The notes: generated from the sequence alone by a model not told the origin. Counted from the stretch's first letter, positions 1 through 12,961 are shown. The stretch is 64,000 bases of DNA from an uncultured delta proteobacterium (GCA_963845515.1 CAWJSR010000029.1:160001-224000), one strand, 5' to 3'. Translations and numbers: made by a program.

Positions 1-370
1 AGGCCGGGCAGGTGATCTCCCCGCCCTTGTCGAGGTCCACGCCGGCGATCCCCCGCTGCGCGGCGGCGGCGGCCGCCGGATCGTCGAGCAGCATCGCCCA
101 GTGCTGGCGGAGGATGGTGACCGCCTTCTCGGCGTCGGCGGCGTCGGCGTAGAGGTTCCAGAGCGGATGAGCCTTCTCCTCGGGACGCCCCGCAGGCACC
201 TGCTCCATCTCGGGAGTGAGGCCGGCCGCCTCCAGCGCGTTGTTCATCTCACGGACCGAGGCGTAGCCCGACCGGACGAGGAGCTTGAGCCCCTCAGCTG
301 CGGCTTCACAGGTGACGCAGTTCCCCTCGTCGTCGAGGGGGGTGTTGCACTTCTCGCAGGTGCGGGCCAT
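1..370 (-). CDS. Zinc-ribbon hypothetical protein (3' end outside window)
   Basis: Manual translation from ATG at 370: [31 protein letters not shown]...GGEITCPA, open to the window edge. CxxC...CxxC at N-term and the possible start of another Cys knuckle at the edge. GGTGAGGAG RBS upstream. Not in ORF track. Confidence 0.7.
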   Translation of the reverse strand, partial: MARTCEKCNTPLDDEGNCVTCEAAAEGLKLLVRSGYASVREMNNALEAAGLTPEMEQVPAGRPEEKAHPLWNLYADAADAEKAVTILRQHWAMLLDDPAAAAAAQRGIAGVDLDKGGEITCPA

Positions 371-499
371 GGCCACTCTCCTCACCCCGCGGAGTGCGGG
401 ACGATCGCGATCATAGCCCCAGATCGGGCGCGGCGCGCCACCTCCGCGCCCCTTCGGTCACCTGTTCGCCGTCCCGGCCCGCGCTATACTCCACGTCCC

Positions 500-1346
500 A
501 TGATCATCGACGGAAAGCAGATCGCGGCCCAGGTGCGCGCCGAGGTGGCCCAGAAGGTCGCCCAGCTCAAGCAGGAGAAGGGGATCCACACCGGCCTCAC
601 GGTGGTGCGCGTCGGCGAGGACCCCGCCTCGGCCATCTACGTCCGCGGCAAGCGGAAGGCCTGCGACGAGGTCGGGATCAACTCGGTCGAGCACCACCTC
701 GCGGCCGACACCACGCAGGCGGAGCTGCTCGACCTCATCGCGCGGCTCAACGCCGACCCGACCTGCCACGGCATCCTCGTCCAGCTCCCGCTCCCGAAGC
801 AGATCGACGAGCAGGCTGATCCTCGAGGCGATCGCCCCGGCCAAGGACGCCGACGGCTTCCACCCGTACAACGTCGGCTGCCTCTGGACCGGCAAGCCCG
901 CCCCGCGCGCCTGCACGCCGTTCGGCGTGATGCGGCTGCTCGACGAGGCGAAGGTGGACTTGAAGGGCAAGCACGCCCTCGTCGTCGGCCGCTCCAACAT
1001 CGTCGGAAAGCCGCAGGCCGCGATGCTGCTCGAGCGCCACGCCACCGTGACCCTCGCCCACTCCCGCACCACCGACCTCGCGGCCGAGGTGGCCCGCGCC
1101 GACGTGGTGATCGCCGCCGTCGGGAAGGCCGAGATCGTCAAGGGGGCATGGGTGAAGCCCGGCGCGGTCGTGATCGACGTCGGGATGAACCGGCTCGCCG
1201 ACGGCAAGCTGGTCGGCGACGTCGAGTTCGGCGCCGCGAAGGAGCGCGCCAGCGCCATCACCCCGGTCCCCGGTGGCGTCGGCCCGATGACCATCGCGAT
1301 GCTCCTCGCCAACACCGTCGAGCTGGCCCGCCGCTCGGCGAAGTGA
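500..1346 (+). CDS. folD: Methylenetetrahydrofolate dehydrogenase/cyclohydrolase (frameshift near 815)
   Basis: MIIDGKQIA...[14 protein letters not shown]...[10 protein letters not shown] in one frame; [31 protein letters not shown] in the next frame; apparent 1-nt insertion. Confidence 0.95.
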
Positions 1347-1350
1347 CCGC

Positions 1351-2477
1351 GTGACGAGGCTCGCGGCAGCCGCGCTGGCCTTGGCGCTCCTCGTCCGGGG
1401 CCGACGGCTGCTGCGCGTGCTCCGCGAGCAAGAGCTACGAGCGACGCGGCGGCGCCGCGGCCGCGCCGGGGCCGGCGGTGACCCTCACGCCGCCGGTCGT
1501 GCGGGCGCTCCACTTCGGCGACTTCGGCGAGGCCAACTGCCAGCAGGCCGCCGTGGCGGACGGGATCGCGGACGCCCAGCGCCGAAGGCCCTTCGACCTC
1601 GCCTTCCACGTCGGCGACAACCTCTACGACTGCGGCCCCGACTGGCGCTCCACCGCCGCGGGACGCTGCGCGTTCGAGCCGGACGGGATCACCGTCGCGC
1701 CCGGCTACACCCCGCCGCACGATCCCTCGTTCGCCGAGAAGTTCGAGGACGCCCTCGGCAGCCTCTCGCAGCGCGGGGGTCCCGGTCTACCTCGCGCTCG
1801 GCAACCACGACGTCGCGACCTGGGCCAGGTGCGTCCCGATCGGCGATCCCGTCGCGGTCGCCCGCGCCAAGGCCTGCCTCGAGGTGGCCCACGCGAGCCC
1901 CGCATGGAAGCTCCCTGCCCGCCACTACGTCGTCGACCAGGGGCCGGCCCGCTTCATCGTCCTGGACAGCAACGTGATCAAGGGCGACTACGGCGGCTTC
2001 ACGCTGGCGGACGAGGTGGCCTTCGTGACCTCCGCGTCCGCCGGGTGCGACGCCCGCCCCTGCTTCGTGATGGCGCACCACCCGGCCGCCACCGCTGGCG
2101 GCCACACCTCGGACTTCGACTCGGCCGACTACACCGCCCGCGTGGCGCAGGTGATCGCGGCGGGGGGCGGGAACCTCCGGGGCTGGCTCGCGGGTCACGA
2201 CCACGACCTGCAGCACCTGCGCACCGCGTCAGGGCTCGACGTCTTCGTCTCGGGCAACGGGTGCCGCGACAGGACCGACGAGCGGTTCGAGCGCGCCGCG
2301 CCAGCCGGTTCGACGCTCCTCTACGGCTCCGTCCGCTGGGGCCACGCCATCCTCGAGGTCTCCGACTCGGGCTTCACCTGGCGCGCCGAGGACTCGCGCG
2401 GCTCGGCCCGCTACTGCTGCGCGGCGACCAGGAGCGGCGGCGTCTGGACCCCCTGCGAGCCGGTCCGCTGCGACTGA
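1351..2477 (+). CDS. Exported metallophosphoesterase (calcineurin-like/purple acid phosphatase family), frameshifted
   Basis: Signal-like N-term; motifs GDFG, VGDNLY, LGNHD, MAHHP, AGHDH spread over three frames (shifts near 1395 and 1780). Confidence 0.8.
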
Positions 2478-2546
2478 CGAAAGAATCGGCCGCCGTCAAG
2501 AGGGACGTTTCCGCTAGGATTCGCCAACCCGCCGACCGAGGTGACC

Positions 2547-3632
2547 ATGGCGCTCCGCACCCCGCTGTACGAAAGGCATGTCGAGGCCGGCGCTCGCATC
2601 GTCGACTTCGCCGGCTGGGAGATGCCGGTCCAGTACTCCGGCATCCTCGAGGAGCATGAGGCGGTCCGAACCCGCGCCGGCCTCTTCGACGTCTCGCACA
2701 TGGGCGAGGTGGTCTTCCGCGGCCCGCGCGCGGCGGAGGCGCTCGGGCGGCTCTTCACCAACGACCTGCGCAAGCTCGTCGACGGCCAGGCCCAGTACGG
2801 CTGCCTCTGCCGCCCGAACGGCGGGATCGTGGACGACGTGATCGTCTACCGGCGCGGCACCGAGGACTGGCTCGTCTGCGTCAACGCCGGCAACCGCCAG
2901 AAGGACTTCGAGTGGCTCAGGGCCGGCGAGGGGCCGGGCGTGGCGGTGAAGAACGAGTCGGACGACTGGGCCCAGCTCGCCATCCAGGGACCGAAGGCCG
3001 CGGGGATCGTCCAGCGCCTGTCCAAGGACGACCTCCTCGGCGTCAAGACCTTCCACTTCAGGCCGGCCGAGGTGGCAGGCGTCTCCTGCCTGGCGGCCCG
3101 GACCGGCTACACCGGCGAGGACGGCTTCGAGCTCTTCTGCCTGCCCGACAAGGCCGCCAGGCTCTGGGACGCGCTGCTCGAGGGCGGCAAGGGGGACGGC
3201 GCCATCCCTGCGGGGCTCGGCGCGCGCGACTCGCTCCGGCTCGAGTCGGCCTACCGGCTCTACGGCTCGGACATGGACGACGACACGACCCCGCTCGAGG
3301 CGGGGCTCGGCTGGGTGGTGAAGCTCGACAAGGGGGACTTCACCGGGCGCGACGCGCTCCTCGCCCAGAAGGCGGCGGGGCCCACGAGGCGGCTCGTCGG
3401 CTTCACGCTCACGGAGCGTGGCATCCCGCGGCACGGCTACCCGGTCCTCAGCGAAGGGAAGCCGGCTGGCGTCGTCACGAGCGGCACGCAGTCCCCCACC
3501 CTGAAGATCCCCGTCGGCCTCGCCTACGTTCCGACGGTCCTCTCCGCCGAAGGCTCCACCTTCGCCGTCGAGATCCGCGGACGCGCCGTCGCGGCGAAGG
3601 TCGTCAAGACTCCCTTCTACAGCCGGCAGTGA
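2547..3632 (+). CDS. gcvT: Glycine cleavage system aminomethyltransferase T
   Basis: LRTPLY, FAGWEMPVQY, GLFDVSHMG, RTGYTGEDGFE, GLGARDSLRLE. Confidence 0.97.
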   Translation: MALRTPLYERHVEAGARIVDFAGWEMPVQYSGILEEHEAVRTRAGLFDVSHMGEVVFRGPRAAEALGRLFTNDLRKLVDGQAQYGCLCRPNGGIVDDVIVYRRGTEDWLVCVNAGNRQKDFEWLRAGEGPGVAVKNESDDWAQLAIQGPKAAGIVQRLSKDDLLGVKTFHFRPAEVAGVSCLAARTGYTGEDGFELFCLPDKAARLWDALLEGGKGDGAIPAGLGARDSLRLESAYRLYGSDMDDDTTPLEAGLGWVVKLDKGDFTGRDALLAQKAAGPTRRLVGFTLTERGIPRHGYPVLSEGKPAGVVTSGTQSPTLKIPVGLAYVPTVLSAEGSTFAVEIRGRAVAAKVVKTPFYSRQ

Positions 3633-3655
3633 CCGCCAACCCCGTCGAGGCCACC

Positions 3656-4042
3656 ATGAACTTCCCCGAGGATCTCCGTTACACCAAGGACCACGAGTGG
3701 GCCCGCAGCAAGGACGGGCGCGTCGTCGTCGGCATCACCGCGTTCGCCACCGACCAGCTTGGCGACGTCGTCTACGTCGAGCTCCCCGCCGTCGGCGCGC
3801 TGGTGAAGAAGGGCGAGACGTTCGGGGTGGTCGAGTCGACGAAGGCGGTCTCCGACCTCTACGCCCCGGTCTCAGGCAAGGTGGTCGAGATCAACTCCCC
3901 GCTCGTCGACGCCCCGGAGGGGATCAACGAGGACCCGTACGGCAAGGGCTGGATGATCTCGGTGGAGCCGTCGAACCCGAAGGATCTCGACGAGCTGTTC
4001 GACGTGAAGGCCTACACCGCGCTGGTCGAGGAGCAGCACTAG
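3656..4042 (+). CDS. gcvH: Glycine cleavage system H protein
   Basis: MNFPEDLRYTKDHEW, LGDVVYVELP, lipoyl-Lys motif VESTKAVSD, INEDPYGKGW. Confidence 0.97.
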   Translation: MNFPEDLRYTKDHEWARSKDGRVVVGITAFATDQLGDVVYVELPAVGALVKKGETFGVVESTKAVSDLYAPVSGKVVEINSPLVDAPEGINEDPYGKGWMISVEPSNPKDLDELFDVKAYTALVEEQH

Positions 4043-4078
4043 CCAGGAGCCGCCCCACCCCATACCGCGGCGCTGGCC

Positions 4079-5431
4079 GTGGCGGAGCATGCCGTGCGCT
4101 ACCATCCCCACACGCCCGACGACGTCCGGGCGATGCTCGAGGCCATCGGCGCGAAGAGCGTCGCCGACCTCTTCCGCTCGATCCCCGAGCCGCTCCGGCT
4201 GAGGCGCCCGCTCGCCATCGAGCCGGCGCTCGACGAGATCGCCCTCTTCGCCGAGGCGCGCAGGCTGGCGTCGCGAAACGCGGTCGACCACCCGCCCTTC
4301 GCAGGCGCCGGCTGCTACCCCCACCACGTCCCTCCGGCCGTGGACCAGCTCCTCCTCCGCGGCGAGTTCTTCACCGCCTACACGCCCTACCAGCCCGAGA
4401 TCTCGCAGGGGACGCTCCAGGCGCTCTTCGAGTGGCAGACCTACTGCTGCCTCCTCACCGGCATGGACGTCGCCAACGCCTCCATGTACGACGGCGCCAC
4501 CGCCACCGCCGAGGCGGCGCTCATGGCGACGCGGATCACGGGGCGCAAGCGGCTCGTCGTCTCGGCCGCCGTCCATCCCGAGTACCAGAAGGTCCTCAGG
4601 AGCTACCTCCGCTCCACGCACGACGACCTGGCGATCGTCCCCTTCGGCCCCGACGGCCGGACCGACCTCGCCGCCCTGCAGCAGGCCGTGAACGGCGACA
4701 CGGCCGCCGTCGTCATCGGCTACCCCAACTTCCTCGGCGTGGTCGACGCGCTGCCCGAGGCAGCGGCCATCGCGCAGAAGGCGGGCGCCCTCACCATCTC
4801 CTCCACGGCCGAGGGGGTCGCCTTCGGGCTGCTCCAGGCCCCCGGCGCGCTCGGCGCCGACGTCGCCACCGGCTCGCTCCAGAGCTTCGGCAACGCCATG
4901 TCCTTCGGCGGCCCCGCCCCCGGCTTCTTCGCCACGCGGGACGCCCACGTCCGGGGAATGCCCGGGAGGCTCTGCGGCGCGACGGTCGACAAGCAGGGGC
5001 GGCGCGGCTTCGTCCTCACCCTCGCCACCCGCGAGCAGCACATCAGGCGCGAGAAGGCGACGTCCAACATCTGCACCAACTCCGGCCTCGCGGCCCTGGC
5101 CGCGACGATCCACCTGACGCTGCTCGGGAAGCAGGGGCTCGCCAGGCTGGCGAGGCTCAACCACGCCCGGCTCCGCGCGCTGCGCGAGGCCTTCGCCAGG
5201 GTGGGCGTGAAGCCGGCCTTCACCGGGCCGGTCTTCAACGAGCAGGCCTTCGACGTGGGCGACGCCGAGGCGGTCATCGCGCGGCTCGCCAGGAAGGGGA
5301 TCGTGGCCGGCGCACCGCTCGCGCGCTGGTACCCGGATCACCCGAAGGTCGGGGGGGCGCTCCTCTGCGTCGCCACCGAGCTCCACACGCCCGAGCTCAT
5401 CGAGCTCTTCGCCCGATCTGTGAGGGGGTAG
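4079..5431 (+). CDS. gcvPA: Glycine dehydrogenase subunit 1 (start may be GTG 4094)
   Basis: [48 protein letters not shown]. Confidence 0.96.
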   Translation: MAEHAVRYHPHTPDDVRAMLEAIGAKSVADLFRSIPEPLRLRRPLAIEPALDEIALFAEARRLASRNAVDHPPFAGAGCYPHHVPPAVDQLLLRGEFFTAYTPYQPEISQGTLQALFEWQTYCCLLTGMDVANASMYDGATATAEAALMATRITGRKRLVVSAAVHPEYQKVLRSYLRSTHDDLAIVPFGPDGRTDLAALQQAVNGDTAAVVIGYPNFLGVVDALPEAAAIAQKAGALTISSTAEGVAFGLLQAPGALGADVATGSLQSFGNAMSFGGPAPGFFATRDAHVRGMPGRLCGATVDKQGRRGFVLTLATREQHIRREKATSNICTNSGLAALAATIHLTLLGKQGLARLARLNHARLRALREAFARVGVKPAFTGPVFNEQAFDVGDAEAVIARLARKGIVAGAPLARWYPDHPKVGGALLCVATELHTPELIELFARSVRG

Positions 5432-5435
5432 CGCC

Positions 5436-6945
<1,510 letters not shown>

Positions 6946-7715
6946 AGAGGGCGTCGCTGGCGCTGCTCCGCCGCGGGATCAGCCGCCGCCACATCAGCAG
7001 CACGCCGAGACCGACCAGGATCCCGGAGACCAGCGCCCACGGGTTGGATGGCGTCGTCCGCGGCCTCAGCAGGATCGCGGGGCGGACGCCGATGCCCGGG
7101 ACCTGCACCTGGCCCATCTCCGCGAGGAGCGCGAGGTGGCCGCCGAAGCCTCGCGAGAGCGGCTGGTTGTAGTCGACGACCTCCTGCCGGACCCCGCCGT
7201 CCGGCGCGCGGACCGCCAGCGTCGCGCGGGCCGACTTCGGCATGCCGTTGGGCATCGAGTCGACCTCGAGCGTCAGGAGCCTGGCCTCGCCGAAGCCGGG
7301 GACCTCGCTCCAGCGCTCGCTCACGATCACCGGCTCGAAGTCCTCCGACGTGAAGCCGCCGAGGGCGTGACCGGCCATCGCGACCAGGAAGCCGACGTGG
7401 ATGATCGACGCCGCGTACGCGCCCGGGGTGCGCACCCCCGCCCGCCACTTGCGGAGCACCGTGTCCCAGGTGGCGAGCACCGTGTTGAGCCCATACAGGC
7501 CCGCGACGGCGACGAGCAGGTAGAACCACCAGTGGACCCACGACGGCGGCGCGAAGAAGCCGCGCAGGTCGTCGAAGCCGACCGCCGCCGAGGCCCCCTC
7601 GCGCGTCGCCGCGAGGATCACCGAGCCGACGGCGAGCAGCAGGACCGTCCCGAACCCGCAGACGAGCCCCAGCCCCTGCGAGCGGAGCCAGTCGAAGCGA
7701 CCGCTGCCGGAGGGG

Positions 7716-8504
7716 TCAGCTGAAGGCATGGCTCGACCGCCCGAAGAAGAAGGACGTCCCGACGTAGGCGACGAAGACGAAGAGGAACCCGACGATGGCG
7801 AGCGCCGGGCGCGCCCACGGCCGCTGCTGCATCGACGGCGTGAGCCGGACGTGGACGAAGGTCGCGTAGTGGAACCAGAGGATGACCGACCAGATCACCT
7901 TCGGGTCCCACATGAAGTAGGCGCCCCACGCGACGACCCCCCAGATGCCGCCGAAGATCATCGAGAGCGACCAGAGGGCGAAGCCCCATAGCGCGAGCCG
8001 GTCGACGAGGGCGAGCCACGCGCCGTCCCGGTCCTTGAACCAGGACAGCGACGCCGCGGCTGCGGCAGTCCAGCAGGCGTAGGCGACGAAGGAGATCGGG
8101 ACGTGGAGCGGGTACCAGACCGTCCGCATGAGCGGCGGCGGCCAGCCGAGGTGCCCCGGGAAGGAGAGCGAGACGACCATCGCCGCACCGGTCACCGCGA
8201 TGAGCGGGAGCGCGTAGCTGCGCACGGGGCGCCAGGCGACGGCCAGCACCAGCGCGGTCGCGAGGGCGCAGGTGGAGAAGGACTCCATCTTGTTGGTGAG
8301 GGGGAAGAAGCCTATGGCGAGCCCACGCCCCGTCATCGCGGCGACGTGGATCGCGACGCCGCCTGCCAGGATCCAGCGCGCCGCGCGGTCGCGGAAGATC
8401 GCCGCCAGGAACGCGAGCCCGTACGCGGTGGCCGCGGCGAGCAGCAGCCAGCGCAGGACCGGGTGGTTCTCGGAGAGCAGCTCGGGTGGGACGTTGCGCA
8501 TCAT
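7716..8504 (-). CDS. ccsA: Cytochrome c biogenesis protein CcsA/ResC
   Basis: WWD motif GGIWGVVAWGAYFMWDPKVIWS, heme-ligand His in LHVP, C-terminal His (SSHAF). Confidence 0.9.
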   Translation of the reverse strand: MMRNVPPELLSENHPVLRWLLLAAATAYGLAFLAAIFRDRAARWILAGGVAIHVAAMTGRGLAIGFFPLTNKMESFSTCALATALVLAVAWRPVRSYALPLIAVTGAAMVVSLSFPGHLGWPPPLMRTVWYPLHVPISFVAYACWTAAAAASLSWFKDRDGAWLALVDRLALWGFALWSLSMIFGGIWGVVAWGAYFMWDPKVIWSVILWFHYATFVHVRLTPSMQQRPWARPALAIVGFLFVFVAYVGTSFFFGRSSHAFS

Positions 8505-8540
8505 GGAGGCGCGGAAGATAGCCGAGCGGCGGCCGTGGGG

Positions 8541-9440
8541 CTACCCGCGCCGGGCGCCACGCACGAGGCAGAGCCCCCACGTGTCCCGGTAGGCGCCGCG
8601 CTCGTCCAGCAGCCCGGGCGGCACGTTCACGAACGGGGCAGTGCGCCGGATCACCTCGAGGATCAGCGCGTCGAGGTCGGTCATCCCGGACGACTTGCGG
8701 ACCTGCGCCTCGACGACCTTTCCGCCTGCGTCCAGGGCCACCCACGTGTACGAGCACGCGGCGGTCTGACCTGGTTCGTTGACCCACCGCGCGTAGAGCG
8801 ACGGCGGGAGCGGCGCGCCGAGCTCGTAGCGATAGACCGAGTTCATGCTCTCGACGGCGCGGTTGAAGAAGTTGGCGAAGCGCCACGCCTCTGGGTTCTG
8901 CACCGTGAAGCTGGAGAACGCCGTCCCCTCTCCGAGAGGCGCCGTGCCGTCGCCGACCGGATCGAACTTCATCGCGAGCGGCCGGTTGAGGAGCGGCCTG
9001 GGCTGCAGGTCTGGGCCGGCGCTCGCGCCGTCACCAGCCCCCGGAGCGTTCGGCTCGCCGCCGCCACGTTCGTCGGCCGGGAGCGGGCGCGCGGAGCCGG
9101 CAGGCGGAGCGGCCGCGCTCGCGCCTGCCTCCGCGCGCGGCGGCGGAGGCTTGACCTCCGCGGGCGCCGGGGGCGGCCTACGCGCCTCCGTGCGCTGCCG
9201 CGCGAGCGGCGGGGGCAGCTCCACCACGGCCCGGTTCCGCGCCCACTCGCCCGCGTCGATGGTGGCGAGCGCGACCTCCCTGGGCTTCGCCTCCTCCGCC
9301 TTGCGCGCAGCCGAGATGGCGACGAGCGCCCACACCACCAGCAGCGCCAGCGCCCCGGCGTGGACGCCCAGCGAGACCGCTACCGCTGCGGCAGCCCGGA
9401 GGACGGGGCGCTCGGGGTGAATGGGACGGAGCTGTTTCAT
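8541..9440 (-). CDS. TonB/TolA-like energy transducer
   Basis: TM with SLGVH (SHLS-type) motif, Pro-rich linker, C-terminal domain with KSSGMTDLD...IRRTAPF. Confidence 0.75.
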   Translation of the reverse strand: MKQLRPIHPERPVLRAAAAVAVSLGVHAGALALLVVWALVAISAARKAEEAKPREVALATIDAGEWARNRAVVELPPPLARQRTEARRPPPAPAEVKPPPPRAEAGASAAAPPAGSARPLPADERGGGEPNAPGAGDGASAGPDLQPRPLLNRPLAMKFDPVGDGTAPLGEGTAFSSFTVQNPEAWRFANFFNRAVESMNSVYRYELGAPLPPSLYARWVNEPGQTAACSYTWVALDAGGKVVEAQVRKSSGMTDLDALILEVIRRTAPFVNVPPGLLDERGAYRDTWGLCLVRGARRG

Positions 9441-9521
9441 CGACCTTCCGGGATGTTAACAGCGCCACCGCGTGTTTCCCTCCCGGGATTCTGCCTGCGC
9501 ATGCTACGAAAACCACCCCCG

Positions 9522-11558
9522 ATGCCCTCCCCGGTTGCCCGAACGCTGGCGCTCTGGCGCCGCTCACCCATCTGGACGCGACGAGCGGCCGTGGCCGCTC
9601 TCTGCGTGCTCCTGCTCTGGTGCGCCGCGCTCGTGCTGGTCAACCGGCAGGGGCCCCGCGCGCGGCTGCGCGCAGCGATCCGCGACGCGCTCTCTCGCCG
9701 GCTCCCCACCGCGGAGGTGGGCGACGCGGTGTCGGTCGACGCGCTCTTCCGGGTCACCTTCGGCCCGCTCACTCTTCCTTCCGAGCGCAGCGGGGGCCCC
9801 CCCATCCTGCGCGCGGAGCACGTGAAGGTGCGGGCCAGCTGGGCGGCGCTCCTCGCCGGCCGGATCGAGCCCGCCTCGGTCAGGCTCTACGGGACGCGCA
9901 TCTCTCCCGGGGAGCGGCTGGTAGAGCTCAGGGCCCTCGGGGATCGGATGCGGAGCAGGTCGGCCGCGAAGGCGCCTCCTGCGGGCGAGCCGGCGCAGGC
10001 CGCGCCTCGCGACTGGCCGGCGATCCACCTGCGCGGGGCGACGCTCGTCCTCCGGTCCGACGGAACGGACTACGACGTGGGCCCCCTGGACGCCTCCGTC
10101 ACCCGGCACAGGTCGCGCGGGTCCGACGACCTGGAGCTCATCATCTCGCACCGGCTTGGCGGCACCGCCAGGGCCGACTTCCACCGCGGCGACGACGGCT
10201 ACCGGCTGAGCGCGAGCGCGCTCGGCCTCTCCGCCGAGACGCTCCCTGCGCAGCTCGCGGCAGGCGCCATTCGATGGAGCGGCGGCTCGCTCTCCGGCGA
10301 CGTGACGGTCTCGGGCCAGGCCTCGGCGCCGGTGAAGGGACGCCTGCGCGTCCGTCTCGACCGCGGCTGGTTCACGGGAGAGCGGCTGTCGGCGGAGCCG
10401 GTCGGTCCCGTGACCGTCGATCTGGACGGCGCGATCGAGGTCGATCCAGCCAGCCGCCGGCTCGCGCTGCGCGACGGCAACCTCCGGATCCTGGACGTCG
10501 TCGACTCCACGCTCTCGGGCGAAGTACGCGTCGGTCCCGGCCTGCCCTTCTCCTTCGTGCTCGACGCGCCGGGCGTCGACTACGATGCGCTCGCCGACGC
10601 GCTCCCGGTGGCGCTGCGCCCTCCGAGCGGCGCGCCCCACCCAGCCGGGCCCCTCTCCTTCAGGCTCGGCCTCTCCGGTCCGCTGCGCGACCCCGCAGCG
10701 TGGGCCGTGGAGGCCGCGCTCGACCTCGCGCGGCTCCGCGAGGCGGCCCGGCGGGGGCCGGCCTTCTCGCTCCGCTCGACCTTCACCTGGCGCCCGGAGG
10801 TGGCGACTGGCGAGCCGCCCTCGATCCGGATCGGCCCGGAGAACCCCGACTTCGTCCCGCTCGCCTCCCTCCCGGAACACGTCGTGCGGGCAGTGACGGC
10901 CAGCGAGGACGCAGGCTTCTTCGGTCACTCGGGGTTCGACTTCGAGGAGCTGCGCAACGCCTTCGCCCAGGGGCGGGAAGCGGGGCGCGTCGTGCGGGGC
11001 GCGTCCACCATCACCCAGCAGCTCGCCAAGAACCTCTACCTGTCCCGCGAGAAGACGCTGGTGCGGAAGGCGCGCGAGGCGATGGTCGCCGTAGGCCTGG
11101 AGGCCGCGGTACCGAAGGCACGGCTGCTGGAGATCTACCTGAACATCGCCGAGTGGGGGCCGAGGCTCTGGGGGATCGGTCCGGCCGCCCGGCACTACTT
11201 CGGCAAGCCTGCGACGGACCTCTCGATCCGGGAGGCCGCGTTCCTCGCGTCCATCATCCCGAACCCGGTCCGCTACCACGGCTACTACACGCGGGGGGAG
11301 CTGGACGAGGCCTGGACCGAGCGGCTGCGCGTCCTCCTCCTGCACATGGCGGAGGCTGGGTCCATCACCGAGGACCAGCTGGTCGAGGCGCTCGACGCTC
11401 CGCTGCGGTTCACGAGCAGGACGGCGGCCCTCGACGTCGCCTCAGACGGCCTTCCGCTTCCGCTCCCGGAGCCAGCGCTGGAACCGCTCCCACCCGACGG
11501 AGAGCCCCCAGGCGACGATGACCATCAGGACGATGCCGGTGACGGTCCCGCGGAATGA
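9522..11558 (+). CDS. Peptidoglycan transglycosylase (GT51) with long N-terminal domain, no transpeptidase
   Basis: N-terminal TM; SEDAGFFGHSGFD, RGASTITQQLAKNLYL, RKARE, LEIYLNIAEWG; start 9501 or 9522. Confidence 0.85.
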   Translation: MPSPVARTLALWRRSPIWTRRAAVAALCVLLLWCAALVLVNRQGPRARLRAAIRDALSRRLPTAEVGDAVSVDALFRVTFGPLTLPSERSGGPPILRAEHVKVRASWAALLAGRIEPASVRLYGTRISPGERLVELRALGDRMRSRSAAKAPPAGEPAQAAPRDWPAIHLRGATLVLRSDGTDYDVGPLDASVTRHRSRGSDDLELIISHRLGGTARADFHRGDDGYRLSASALGLSAETLPAQLAAGAIRWSGGSLSGDVTVSGQASAPVKGRLRVRLDRGWFTGERLSAEPVGPVTVDLDGAIEVDPASRRLALRDGNLRILDVVDSTLSGEVRVGPGLPFSFVLDAPGVDYDALADALPVALRPPSGAPHPAGPLSFRLGLSGPLRDPAAWAVEAALDLARLREAARRGPAFSLRSTFTWRPEVATGEPPSIRIGPENPDFVPLASLPEHVVRAVTASEDAGFFGHSGFDFEELRNAFAQGREAGRVVRGASTITQQLAKNLYLSREKTLVRKAREAMVAVGLEAAVPKARLLEIYLNIAEWGPRLWGIGPAARHYFGKPATDLSIREAAFLASIIPNPVRYHGYYTRGELDEAWTERLRVLLLHMAEAGSITEDQLVEALDAPLRFTSRTAALDVASDGLPLPLPEPALEPLPPDGEPPGDDDHQDDAGDGPAE

Positions 11559-12717
11559 GAGCCGCTTCTTGAGGGCGCTCGCGTACGCCCCATACGTCAG
11601 CTCCACCGTGACGATGTAGGCGAAGAGCGACTGGCGCCCCAGCGTGGAGAGCCAGCGCAGCGCCGGCACGACCAGCTCCGGGAGCGCCATCAGCGCGCCG
11701 GTCAGCCCGACGTGGATCGCGAGCCTGCATCAGGAACCAGGACGGCGCGTTGAGCCACCAGAAGATCGGGTCGGCGGACGGCAGCACGATGAGTGGGTCG
11801 ATGACCTTCGCGACGCCGAAGATCCCAGCGCCGAGGCCGAGGAACAGGAGCGGACGGCTCTTCCCGGTCGCGAGCGGCGCCACCGCCGCGCCGGCGAGCA
11901 GGAAGGCCACCCAGTTGAGCAGCTTGAACTGGCTGCGCGGCCAGAGGCCGTAGAGGTAGGCCCACGGCACGTCGGCCAGCTTGGCCAGCGGATCGGCCGC
12001 GAGCTTCTCGAGGAACCCGGGCTGGTCGCGGTAGCCGAGCTTCACGGCGATCCACGGCGTGGCGAAGGCGATGAGGAGCGCGAGGCCGCCGGTCAGCGCG
12101 GCTCCCACGACACGCGGCCGGCCGACGGCGAGGAAGGCCGAGAGGATCATCCCGACGGCGAGGATGTTGAGGACGTCGACCTTGAAGACCTCGTGCCAGC
12201 TCCCCCAGCGCCAGGCGCCGCGCCAGAAGAACGAGAGGAGGATGAGCGCGAGCCCGAGGGCCACCGGCCTCCGCCAGTCCTTGGGCTCCCACGAGTCTGT
12301 GGAGATCGCGAGGAGGATCCCGAAGCCGGCCACGGAGAGCACGTCGACGCCGAGGACGTAGGGCAGCCCGCGCCCCGGCTCCAGGCGCCCCGCCGCGAGG
12401 ACGGAGAAGATCCGGACCAGGTAGGCGACGCCGAGCAGCCAGAGGCCGCGCTTCATCGCGGCCCGCCGCCGGGCGGCCGGGTCGGCCCCCTTGCGCGCGT
12501 GGGCCTCGTCGGCGAGCGCCTGCGAGAGCCCCGCCATGTAGAGGAAGCCCGGCGCGGCGAGGCCGCCCAGGAACATCAGGAGGTCGTAGTAGCGCTCGTG
12601 GCCGGTCCGCGCCCCCGCGGCGATCCAGGCGTCGAGGATGTGGACCTCGACCATGAACAGCACGGCGAGGCCGCGCTGCCAGTCGAGCCAGTGCTTGCGG
12701 GGTGAGGGAGGGGCCAC
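11442..12717 (-). CDS. Membrane acyltransferase-like protein (HGSNAT/DUF1624 family), frameshift near 11725
   Basis: LDWQRGLAVLFMVEVH N-terminal motif, many TMs; LGRQSLFAY motif in the downstream frame. Confidence 0.75.
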
Positions 12718-12739
12718 GGAGTCCCGGACGCCCGCCGGA

Positions 12740-12961
12740 TCACTTGTCGCGGTACGTGATGCGCCCGCGGGTCAGGTCGTAGGGGGACAGCTCGAGCTTG
12801 ACGCGATCGCCCGGGATGATGCGGATGTGGAACTTCTTCATCTTCCCGGATGCGTAGGCGAGCACGATCGGACCCTGATCGACCTTGACGCGATACATAC
12901 CGCCGGCGAGTGCCTCCTCGACGGTTCCCTGAACTTCGATGCCGGCTTCCTTCTCGCTCAT
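12740..12961 (-). CDS. infA: Translation initiation factor IF-1
   Basis: [11 protein letters not shown]...[34 protein letters not shown]. Confidence 0.97.
   Translation of the reverse strand: MSEKEAGIEVQGTVEEALAGGMYRVKVDQGPIVLAYASGKMKKFHIRIIPGDRVKLELSPYDLTRGRITYRDK

Noticed and set aside
805..825. Programmed frameshift or selenocysteine recoding in folD and other split genes
   Set aside because: No in-frame TGA at the break and no shared slippery sequence; indel error is more parsimonious.
2478..2546. Glycine riboswitch upstream of gcvT
   Set aside because: Intergenic gap is only about 70 nt with no recognisable aptamer motifs.
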